Below are positions 1 to 8,044 of a DNA stretch of 64,000 nucleotides, in pieces (positions within the stretch are counted from its first letter, which is position 1; every line of letters starts with the position of its first letter). The DNA is from an uncultured Alphaproteobacteria bacterium (GTDB taxonomy: Bacteria; Pseudomonadota; Alphaproteobacteria; Rs-D84): positions 4,830 through 68,829 of the forward strand of contig CALXLL010000004.1 in the NCBI GenBank assembly GCA_944389185.1, written 5' to 3'. Below the pieces are notes generated by a model that saw nothing but the letters and a program-made list of their open reading frames with translations, did not search any database and was not told the DNA's origin. A program made the position numbers and the translations under genes.

Positions 1-1432
1 CTTGCTGCCCTTGATATATTTCTGTAATAGCTTGGCGCATAAATTCATCCCATACTTCTTCGGATAAATCGCGACAAGTATCAAGGCTGTTTTCTGCAAA
101 TATTTTTTTATTATTAAGTTCGGCCACCAATAAGCGGTTGGTTTGGTTGGTTAATATGTCGCCTGATAATGAAACCTGAGTTTCTAATTGATAAAATTCA
201 GGACTGTAAATCGGGGCACCAGTATCACGATTTAAGTATCTTCCCGTTATATCCAGACAATGGACATAGCCTTCACCACATGCGCTGTCAGCCGTTAAAT
301 CTTTTCTGACGTTGGCGACACAATCGTTTATAGACGTTGAATTATGTGCATTATAGTTATCCAATCTGGCAACATTCATACTTCTTTCAGCGTCCCTGAT
401 AGAAGCGTTTGCATTATATAACTGCTTGTCCAAAGAATTAATAAGCAAAGAACAATCGTTTTCAATATACATACCGTATGCAGATACAACCATTTTTAAT
501 GTCGCATCAGACGGACAAGAACTTGATATCATTTCTACGCACTGTGCATGAACTGCGTTATATAGCTGTTCACCTGTTAAGTTTGCTATGTTTACGCCCG
601 AAGTTAAATCCGTCGTCGCCCATATTGCATTTATATCCCCCGCAATATCCAAGATGCCTTGTGTTGATAATGATTCAGATTTCGCATTTGATAGAACTTC
701 GCTTATTCCAGCAAGCTGTTGTGCCGCACTGGAAGTATCTTTCGCACCGGCAGCAATAGCTTCACCTTCGCTGGCCGTCATCATAGCTTGAACTTCTTTT
801 GCTGTTTTGTCTATTATGGCTAGATTTAAATTTGCGAAATCTTGCAGTTGACCAGAAGCTTGACTTAGTGCACGTTCCCTGTTTTGTATCTCTGTAATTT
901 TGGACGAGCATATACATCTTCTATAACTGTCGTTTGCCGTGGCACAAAATTGGTCCATACACGTAAAATAAGCATCTCGACATGCGTTATAACCAGTCCC
1001 AAAAGTTGTTGATTCAAGTGTGCTTGTAGATGCCGCCCTGGCAATAGCGTTCGTCGTCTGGGTTATTCTTGGAACAGAAGCAATCCTGGCAATCGCAACG
1101 CTTGGTGAAACCGTTGTTGTCCCCGCACGGGATACTGTATTTGTCGAAGAACGTTGAATTATTGCATTGTTTGTTGATGCCGACCTGGCACTGACATTTG
1201 TTTTTGGTTGCGTTGTTTTGTTCGCGTTATTTGTCCTTGATATAGTCGTGCTGGACCCACGACTTGATACGTTTTTTGATGTCGTTTGTTGCTGTAATAC
1301 GCCAGCCCGAGCCGTTACCGTTGTTGAATTACCGTCTTGTTGTCGTGATATACTATTAGAGTCACGAACAGCAGCTTCGGCCATATGTAAGCCGATAAAA
1401 CAAGCGGTCATAAAGAATAAAATCTTTTTCAT
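1..1432 (-). CDS. Large cysteine-rich secreted protein, paralog D (N-terminal ~477 codons only; runs off the window start)
   Basis: Absent from the ORF track because it has no in-window stop. I translated the minus strand by hand from ATG 1432..1430: MKKILFFMTACFIGLHMAEA|AVRDSNS (signal peptide), then a ~125-aa S/T/N/R-rich tract, then CRDAYFTCMDQFCATANDSYRRCICSS at 902..982. The frame is open to position 1 (checked codon by codon for 1..982). It aligns with the 1057-aa protein at 34294..37467 (CLDITGRYLNRDTGAP vs CLDTTGRYIDPSTGEA; VWDEF in both). Confidence 0.8.
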   Translation of the reverse strand, partial: MKKILFFMTACFIGLHMAEAAVRDSNSISRQQDGNSTTVTARAGVLQQQTTSKNVSSRGSSTTISRTNNANKTTQPKTNVSARSASTNNAIIQRSSTNTVSRAGTTTVSPSVAIARIASVPRITQTTNAIARAASTSTLESTTFGTGYNACRDAYFTCMDQFCATANDSYRRCICSSKITEIQNRERALSQASGQLQDFANLNLAIIDKTAKEVQAMMTASEGEAIAAGAKDTSSAAQQLAGISEVLSNAKSESLSTQGILDIAGDINAIWATTDLTSGVNIANLTGEQLYNAVHAQCVEMISSSCPSDATLKMVVSAYGMYIENDCSLLINSLDKQLYNANASIRDAERSMNVARLDNYNAHNSTSINDCVANVRKDLTADSACGEGYVHCLDITGRYLNRDTGAPIYSPEFYQLETQVSLSGDILTNQTNRLLVAELNNKKIFAENSLDTCRDLSEEVWDEFMRQAITEIYQGQQ

Positions 1433-1490
1433 ATTTATCTTATATATAATATCAAATAAAGCCCTTTCAGGGCAAGGCTTAATTTATCTT

Positions 1491-1520
1491 ATTAAAAATA
1501 AAACCGCAATATTTTGCGGT
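1491..1520 (-). terminator. Rho-independent terminator downstream of infA
   Basis: Perfect 7-bp stem accgcaa/ttgcggt (1503..1509 / 1514..1520) with a 4-nt loop, followed on the minus strand by a T-rich run (TTTATTTTT). Confidence 0.6.
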
Positions 1521-1525
1521 TAGGA

Positions 1526-1771
1526 TTATTGATTTTCTGTGTTAGTGTTTCTAGTTCTTTCAACAAAAGTTATTCGACCCTTGTCTAAATCATAAGGCGT
1601 CATTTCAACACGAACTTTTTCGCCTACGTTTACCCATATTCTTGCTTTTCGCATTTTACCGCAAACTGTTGCTAAAATTTCGTGACCGTTTTCTAGCTTG
1701 ACGCGAAACATCGTATTCGGTAATTTATCCATTACCGTTCCAGAAAAAACTATTACATCATCTTTTGCCAT
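1526..1771 (-). CDS. infA: Translation initiation factor IF-1
   Basis: 81 aa; MAKDDVI..G.V...LPN.MFRV.LENGH.ILA...GKMRK..I.....D.V.VE..PYDL.KGRI is the canonical IF-1 S1-fold sequence. Confidence 0.95.
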   Translation of the reverse strand: MAKDDVIVFSGTVMDKLPNTMFRVKLENGHEILATVCGKMRKARIWVNVGEKVRVEMTPYDLDKGRITFVERTRNTNTENQ

Positions 1772-1907
1772 TATATATATTCCTTGAATATGACTGAAAA
1801 TAACAAAGCAATGATATTGTTTATAATAAAAAAAATCAAGATTTTTTTAAGTCTTGCACAATGTGCGCTTGTTTGATATTATTATATAATAATGTAGGTG
1901 GGATTTC

Positions 1908-4100
1908 ATGAATGTTAAAAATATACTAGCAATACTTTGTTTGTTTCCAAGTCTGGCGTTCGGGGCAGAAAGAACGGAAGAAGCCCGCGTGGGTGTAAAT
2001 CGTATGTCACAAGCCGCAGCACGAATGCCGAATATGGTTATCAATACAAGTCAAACATCAACTTCTTCTGTTAATACAAATAATTCTGATGCCGTTCAAG
2101 TTACCAAACCTTCTACTGTGACTGACGGTTCAAGTATAACAAATGAAGTTACAGAAAGTGCTTCAAATACTGATACTTCAAATAGTGTGCAGGAAATCGT
2201 GACCGTTGTTGAAGAAACAAATGGTAATTGTCGCGATGCTTATCGTGAATGTATGGATTTATTTTGTCTTTTGGACGAATCAGAAGGTGCAAGATGTGCT
2301 TGTTCTTCTAATATAGAGCAGGCAAAGCCGTTAATACAAGAAATTCAAGAAATTCAAGCAGAAGCAGATAAATTGTATACCGAAGGCGTAGAACGTGAAC
2401 AGTTAGGTGCAAAAGCATCGTTGGTATTCGGTGAAAGTGAACAAGCAAAAAAATCTTCTGCTGCATCAGGTATAAGCTTTACAGATTGGATAAATAGCGG
2501 AACAGAAGAAGCAGGATTGGGAACCGATTCTGGTATAGGTGATAATTTATATGCTATGGCGGCAGAATATTGTGCTTCAGAATTAGAGGCTTGCGGGGAT
2601 AAAGCTGAAATGGAAGAAATGCTTTATACGCGTCAAATAGTTGCCGATTGTAAGACTTTTGATTCTTACCTTGCTATGCAGAAGACAAACGCCGAAGCAA
2701 ACAAAAGAACCGCCGAAGCCGCAGTTAGAAAAGCAAGACTTGAAATGTTGGATACAACCAATAAATATAATCGTGGAGAGTGTCTGTTGGCTTATCGTGC
2801 TTGTATAGCAGATAAAGGTGGTTGCGGAACTAATTTTGAAAACTGCTTGGATGCAGATTTGTTGGCAAGACGTGCAAATGCTTGTGAAAATGTTTTGGAT
2901 CAATGTATGGCCGTTCGCGATTATGTCTTGCAAGACTGGGAAGCAGAAGCACAAAGTATTTTGGTTGAAGCCGCTAAATATGCAGATAAAAACGCTCGTG
3001 GAACATGCTTGGCCAGAATACAGCTGTGTTTAGAAGACAGTTGTTCTACTAGAACTAATTCGGCTTGTTTGACCGACGTTAACGTAGCGGCTGGTATTTG
3101 CCCTGTTATAGATGAATGTGAAGAAATGATCCCTGGTATTAAAACCGTTGTTAACGATAAATTGGGATATTTAAGAACTCAGTTTTGCCAAAATGATGTG
3201 GATTCTTGCCTGCGTGATAGGTGCGGTGAAAACTTTACGGCTCCGGAGTGCGTAGGTAAAACTTCAGCTGAAATTGCGGCTTTGTGTCCGCAGACTATGT
3301 TCCCGTCTTGTAAGAATGAAACTCAGTTTGACATAATTGTCCAAGCTGTGTTGTTGCAGATGGATTATCAGATGATGCAGGGCTGCGTGAATTATTTCAG
3401 TGAACAGTTAGGGCGCGTTTGCGGAACAGATATGTCTTGTTTGCCTACGGATACTCAGATTACGTCTTTAACAACAGTGCCGGATACGGAAGAGGGTTTA
3501 GCCGCTTTGCGTGAAACCGTTCGTGCAAACTCTCAGATTGCTGTTGACGAGTTCTTCAAACAATTTGAACAAGATAAGACCGTAGCCGCTTGTCAAGATA
3601 GCCAAAAACCAGCCGGTCAGAAAAGTCTGGGTGATAGCGTATTTACTACTGCAAAGTTAATTGCAGAAATTGGTGCGGAAAATAGAGCAATGAGAGAGCT
3701 TGAATCTAAAATTGCAGAGCTGTCCAGACAACAAGATTTAGAAGAAGCAGAACAAAATTGCTATGCTATGTTTAAAGTGGAAACGCCCGATAAGTCAAGC
3801 AAAAATTATAGCTATATAAAGAGTGTGTCTTTTGAACCGTCTTTAAGAAATTGTCACGTTTGTCGCGTTCAGCAAGTTTGCGAAGTCGGCGGTGAAACGA
3901 AAATGGCAGCCGCAATGAAAGGTGCAGCAGGTGGTCTGTCTGCTGGTGCAGCTGCAGGAACAATGGTGACACCAGGTTGGGGAACTGCCATTGGTGCCAT
4001 AGTCGGTGCCGTTGGTGGAGGTTTGTTAACAGGTCTTGGGTCCAGCGGTCAGCAAGAGTTCTGTCAAGAAATTGAATCTTGTGAAGACATAAATATGTAA
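1908..4100 (+). CDS. Large cysteine-rich secreted protein, paralog A (730 aa)
   Basis: AGGTGG Shine-Dalgarno 7 nt upstream of the ATG. Signal peptide MNVKNILAILCLFPSLAFG|AE, S/T/N-rich tract, signature CRDAYRECMDLFCLLDESEGARCACSS (2229..2309). Roughly 36 Cys by hand count, a Gly/Ala-rich hydrophobic segment, and a C-terminal CEDINM. Confidence 0.9.
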   Translation: MNVKNILAILCLFPSLAFGAERTEEARVGVNRMSQAAARMPNMVINTSQTSTSSVNTNNSDAVQVTKPSTVTDGSSITNEVTESASNTDTSNSVQEIVTVVEETNGNCRDAYRECMDLFCLLDESEGARCACSSNIEQAKPLIQEIQEIQAEADKLYTEGVEREQLGAKASLVFGESEQAKKSSAASGISFTDWINSGTEEAGLGTDSGIGDNLYAMAAEYCASELEACGDKAEMEEMLYTRQIVADCKTFDSYLAMQKTNAEANKRTAEAAVRKARLEMLDTTNKYNRGECLLAYRACIADKGGCGTNFENCLDADLLARRANACENVLDQCMAVRDYVLQDWEAEAQSILVEAAKYADKNARGTCLARIQLCLEDSCSTRTNSACLTDVNVAAGICPVIDECEEMIPGIKTVVNDKLGYLRTQFCQNDVDSCLRDRCGENFTAPECVGKTSAEIAALCPQTMFPSCKNETQFDIIVQAVLLQMDYQMMQGCVNYFSEQLGRVCGTDMSCLPTDTQITSLTTVPDTEEGLAALRETVRANSQIAVDEFFKQFEQDKTVAACQDSQKPAGQKSLGDSVFTTAKLIAEIGAENRAMRELESKIAELSRQQDLEEAEQNCYAMFKVETPDKSSKNYSYIKSVSFEPSLRNCHVCRVQQVCEVGGETKMAAAMKGAAGGLSAGAAAGTMVTPGWGTAIGAIVGAVGGGLLTGLGSSGQQEFCQEIESCEDINM

Positions 4101-4137
4101 AACGTTGCCAGTATTATAAAAAATAAGGTTGTAAAAA

Positions 4138-6642
4138 ATGTTTAGTAAAAAAAGTTCTTTAAGACTGTGGGGCTTTATCGGAATATGTGTTTTTGCTAAT
4201 TCGTCTTTTGCGGCCATAACTCAAAGACAATCTGCAATTCAGCAAGGAACAACGGTCAGATCAAGAACTTCTGCAACTGGTTTATATTCTCAGGAATGTT
4301 ATGACGCTTATTATGGTTGTATGGACCAGTTTTGCATACCTGATAACGCTAATGGTGGAAGTTGCACTTGCAGTGATGACAGTATTGAATATGAAAAGCA
4401 GTTTGCCGAAATAGAAGAAATGTTTAACGAAGCCGAACGTATAAGAACAGAAGAAGTAGAAAAAGTTAAAGCCGGCGCAAATGCAGATATAGTATTTACG
4501 GGTGAAAGAAGGTATGATTCAGATGGAAATCTTCTTGGGATAGGCGAAGAAACGGAAGAAGAGGCAAAGGAAAAAGCTCGTCAGGATTTGTTGGCGGTGT
4601 TTAATACCAATTTTTATGAAGAAGAAGACGATGTTTTTTCTTCTATCAGCAGTATAGCAGATTTAACAGGTGACGATTTGTATGCTAGTGCGGAAGAGCT
4701 TTGTCTGCAACAAATGCCAACTGGTTGCGATAACGATTTGACTTTCATAAGACAGTTATATGCAAGACAGATTGTTTCTGATTGTAACGGTTTTGCAAAT
4801 ATTATTAAGAGTAAAAAATCTGAAGCCGAGGCGGCTTTGGCAAGCGCTGAAGCAGAAGTAAGAACGGCTTTGCAGGAAAGTTTTGATTCTGCCAATAAGT
4901 ATGATTTGGGAACGTGTATGGTAGAATTCAAAAAATGTATGTTAACAGATGACGCTTGCGGTGAAGATTGGATTAATTGCGTATCCGTTGTTGCTTCGGA
5001 AAATATGCAGAATAATCAGGCAGAAAGCACGGCAGGAACAAGTATAGCCAGTGCTGATGTCTATGATATTACATCTTCTACGATGGAGATATTAAATTCT
5101 AAACGTCCGATTTGTGAAAGTGTTCTGTCACAATGCGTTGCCGTTCGTGATCAAGTTTGGCCCGCTTTTTTACGTGAAGCGGCACCTACTATTAAGGTTG
5201 CAGAATCTCAGGCTGAATCAAAGTTCCGTCAGTCTTGTTTGACCGAGATTTCAGATTGTATTCAAACGGCGTGTCGTGATGATATTGCTGGTAAAGGCGT
5301 TGCAACTATGGACGCTTGTTTATCCAGACCAGATATGGCGCGCAGTTTCTGTAAAGTAGAAATAGACCCTTGTGAAAGAATGGAACCTTTAATTTGGGGA
5401 TATGTTGTTGATAAGCTGGCTGCTATGCGTGTTGATGCTTGCACGCAAGAAGTAAAAGATTGCTTTACTAACGAGAACCGCTGCGGGCCTAATTTTGAAA
5501 ACTGCATAGGTATGGATTACGAATATATTCATAATATATGTCCTATAGATAGCTTAGTTGTTTGTAAGGCGAACAATCCTAACTTTTCTATGGAAGATTT
5601 AGATTCTATGTTAATGGGTCTGTATTTGAACATAGATAATGCAATGTTAGATAATTGTCAAAATGCAGTTGATAAGAAAATGGCTGAAATCTGCGGCAGC
5701 ACTACTGATTGTAACCGTTTCGCGTCAGATGATACTATTGGGACAGGAAGTTTGCGTTCTCAGAAAGACGGAGATGTTTATAGAGTTACCGGTATGATTT
5801 CGTTTGGCAGTATAAAGATGGGGGATGCATCTGGTTCTGTGACGGACACAATTGATGGTGAAGAGGTAGCATTAGAGCCTGGGCAAATAGGCGTTCAAGA
5901 TTATATAGCTAAAATACGTGAAGCAAATAAGGACGTTCCAGATCAGGCAAGCATAATAACTTCCATTGAAGAAGAGTTGAATAATATAGCTGGGACGATT
6001 AACAGGACGATAGAAATGATATCGCAAGATCCAGAAATTCAGTATTGTGTCAGTGGACGTAATTTATCACAGATTACAGGCGTAGAAGGCCAAAGCACTA
6101 CGGCAAGATTTCCGAATTTATTAAATCAGGTAAAGATGCAGATTGCGATAGCCGCGCTTAGACAAGCGCAAGATAATTATAACGCAAAGTTAAATACGGC
6201 AATAGCCGATGCAACAAAGAATGCATCTACGGACATTGCGCAGTATATGTGTCAAAAAATGGCTCAGAACGGTAGTTATGCTTTGGATATTTATGGCGCA
6301 ACTCCGTCAACGTCTTTAACTGAACCATATGCAATTAGTTATGAAGTAGGAACAGGGTTATCAAATGCAGAGCTTATAAGTGGCGGTGCTGGTGTATTAG
6401 AAATGGGCGGCGCAACATTTAAGAACTCTGGTTATCTTGGTGGCTCGGACATGACAGGTGGTGGTGCAACAAAAGAAACAACGGCAATATTTAATCGTGA
6501 TACAAGAATATGTCATATTTGCACGACTGTTACAACTCAATCTTGTGAAACAACGGGTAGCAGTAGCTGGTTCCATAATAACAGGAACGCTAGTTGTGAA
6601 ACTGTAGTTTCAGAGCCAAAGTGCGAAGACATACAGATGTAA
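4138..6642 (+). CDS. Large cysteine-rich secreted protein, paralog B (834 aa)
   Basis: Starts 37 nt after paralog A on the same strand. Signal peptide ...VFANSSFA|AI; signature CYDAYYGCMDQFCIPDNANGGSCTCSD (4297..4377). Collinear with A (LYA.A.E.C, Y.RQIV.DC, NKY..G.C, CG..F.NC, C..VL.QC.AVRD.V). Ends CEDIQM. Confidence 0.9.
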   Translation: MFSKKSSLRLWGFIGICVFANSSFAAITQRQSAIQQGTTVRSRTSATGLYSQECYDAYYGCMDQFCIPDNANGGSCTCSDDSIEYEKQFAEIEEMFNEAERIRTEEVEKVKAGANADIVFTGERRYDSDGNLLGIGEETEEEAKEKARQDLLAVFNTNFYEEEDDVFSSISSIADLTGDDLYASAEELCLQQMPTGCDNDLTFIRQLYARQIVSDCNGFANIIKSKKSEAEAALASAEAEVRTALQESFDSANKYDLGTCMVEFKKCMLTDDACGEDWINCVSVVASENMQNNQAESTAGTSIASADVYDITSSTMEILNSKRPICESVLSQCVAVRDQVWPAFLREAAPTIKVAESQAESKFRQSCLTEISDCIQTACRDDIAGKGVATMDACLSRPDMARSFCKVEIDPCERMEPLIWGYVVDKLAAMRVDACTQEVKDCFTNENRCGPNFENCIGMDYEYIHNICPIDSLVVCKANNPNFSMEDLDSMLMGLYLNIDNAMLDNCQNAVDKKMAEICGSTTDCNRFASDDTIGTGSLRSQKDGDVYRVTGMISFGSIKMGDASGSVTDTIDGEEVALEPGQIGVQDYIAKIREANKDVPDQASIITSIEEELNNIAGTINRTIEMISQDPEIQYCVSGRNLSQITGVEGQSTTARFPNLLNQVKMQIAIAALRQAQDNYNAKLNTAIADATKNASTDIAQYMCQKMAQNGSYALDIYGATPSTSLTEPYAISYEVGTGLSNAELISGGAGVLEMGGATFKNSGYLGGSDMTGGGATKETTAIFNRDTRICHICTTVTTQSCETTGSSSWFHNNRNASCETVVSEPKCEDIQM

Positions 6643-6650
6643 AAATGTAA

Positions 6651-6680
6651 GGTTCTGGTAATACAGAACCTTTTCTTTTC
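6651..6680 (+). terminator. Rho-independent terminator after the paralog A-B pair
   Basis: ggttctg-gtaata-cagaacc hairpin followed by ttttcttttc. Confidence 0.6.
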
Positions 6681-6710
6681 GCAGGAATATAATCATACAA
6701 GGGATATAAA

Positions 6711-7541
6711 ATGAACACTGATTCTTTAAATCTTGAAAATTATAGCTTTGATACAATCATTGCTTCTTTGGGAAAAATCTTGACCGATTTCGGCTTAAAG
6801 TTAATATCTGCCATCGTTATATTAACTGTCGGAATATGGCTGAGTAATAAATTAGTTAATGCGTTAAAAAAAATTATGAAAAAAAGAAAGCTGGAAGCTT
6901 CTTTAAAAACTTTTATATATTCTTTCGTAAATATATTATTAAAAATATTCGTTTTTATAATCGTTCTTACTACTATCGGCGTTCAAATGACTTCTATAAT
7001 CGCTGTATTAGGCGCCGCTTCTTTGGCAATCGGTATGGCGTTGTCCGGAACTTTGCAGAACTTTGCCGGTGGCGTAATAATTTTACTATTTAAACCATTC
7101 AAAGTCGGCGATTCAATAGAAACTGCAACCGGTGATATAGGCGTTGTTAAGCAAATTACTATATTTACAACAGAGCTGAATACTTTTGATAATCAAGTCG
7201 TGTTTTTACCAAACGGTGCTTTGGCAAACGGCGTAATCACAAACTTATCAAATGGTAAAATTAGAAGAGATGATATAAAATTAAGCTTGGCTTATGGTAA
7301 TAATATACAAAACGTAAGAAAATATATAATGAAAATATTAAACGGTAAACCCGAAATCTTACAATCACCAAAACCAGAGGTCTTTATAGATGCTTTAACA
7401 CCTTTGGCGGTAAGTTTAACGATTCGTTATTGGTGTAATTATTCTGATATGTCGGCTTTGAAAGATGATATTTTAGAAAATATTTATACAGAACTACCTA
7501 AAAAGAATATACATTTTGCTGTCGTTGAAAATAAAAAATAA
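6711..7541 (+). CDS. MscS-family small-conductance mechanosensitive channel
   Basis: 276 aa; N-terminal TM helices, then the MscS pore/beta-domain pattern (GMALSGTLQNFAGGVIILLFKPFKVGD.I...G..G.V..I.I..T.L.T.DN..V..PN). Confidence 0.85.
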   Translation: MNTDSLNLENYSFDTIIASLGKILTDFGLKLISAIVILTVGIWLSNKLVNALKKIMKKRKLEASLKTFIYSFVNILLKIFVFIIVLTTIGVQMTSIIAVLGAASLAIGMALSGTLQNFAGGVIILLFKPFKVGDSIETATGDIGVVKQITIFTTELNTFDNQVVFLPNGALANGVITNLSNGKIRRDDIKLSLAYGNNIQNVRKYIMKILNGKPEILQSPKPEVFIDALTPLAVSLTIRYWCNYSDMSALKDDILENIYTELPKKNIHFAVVENKK

Positions 7542-7603
7542 CTTCCTAATCTTTTTTTTATAGTTTATGTTATAATTACTTAGTAAAACAAAAGGAGTAT
7601 TAT

Positions 7604-7990
7604 ATGAAAAAAATATCTTTGATTGCATTAAGTGGTGTTTTAATGATTGGTGGCGCTTATGCCGGTTTCCAGCAGGGTAATAACACACAACGTGGTGGTT
7701 TCGTCGGTGGACCAGAAACAATCGTTACTGTTTCACAGGTAAAAGAAATGCGCGATGATACGCCTGTTATTATTCAAGGTAATATTCTTCAACGTATGGG
7801 AAATGAAAAATATTTATTCCAAGATTCAACTGGTTCTATAACTGTTGAAATAGACGATGATGACTGGCGCGGTTTAACTGTCACACCAAATGACACGGTT
7901 AAGTTAATGGGAGAAGTTGACGCTGGTTTATTTAATACCGAAATAGATATTGAATCTATTCAAATAGTTCCTGTTGTAAACGCTCAATAA
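7604..7990 (+). CDS. YgiW/YdeI-type periplasmic OB-fold (BOF) stress protein
   Basis: 128 aa; signal peptide. The core TVSQVKEMRDDTPVIIQGNILQRMGNEKYLFQDSTGSITVEIDDDDW matches the bacterial OB-fold family layout. Confidence 0.7.
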   Translation: MKKISLIALSGVLMIGGAYAGFQQGNNTQRGGFVGGPETIVTVSQVKEMRDDTPVIIQGNILQRMGNEKYLFQDSTGSITVEIDDDDWRGLTVTPNDTVKLMGEVDAGLFNTEIDIESIQIVPVVNAQ

Positions 7991-8006
7991 TATACAGAGA
8001 AAAATA

Positions 8007-8033
8007 AAATCCCGCTTTTGCGGGATTTTTTTT
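8007..8033. terminator. Bidirectional rho-independent terminator
   Basis: aaaatcccgc-tttt-gcgggatttttttt lies between convergent genes; A-run and T-run flank a GC stem. Confidence 0.6.
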
Positions 8034-8044
8034 ATAAGCTTCTT

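Noticed and set aside
1167-1523. 118-aa plus-strand ORF, and 478..759 and 588..791
   Set aside because: They are antisense to the hand-verified open minus-strand frame of paralog D, which has a signal peptide and family motifs.
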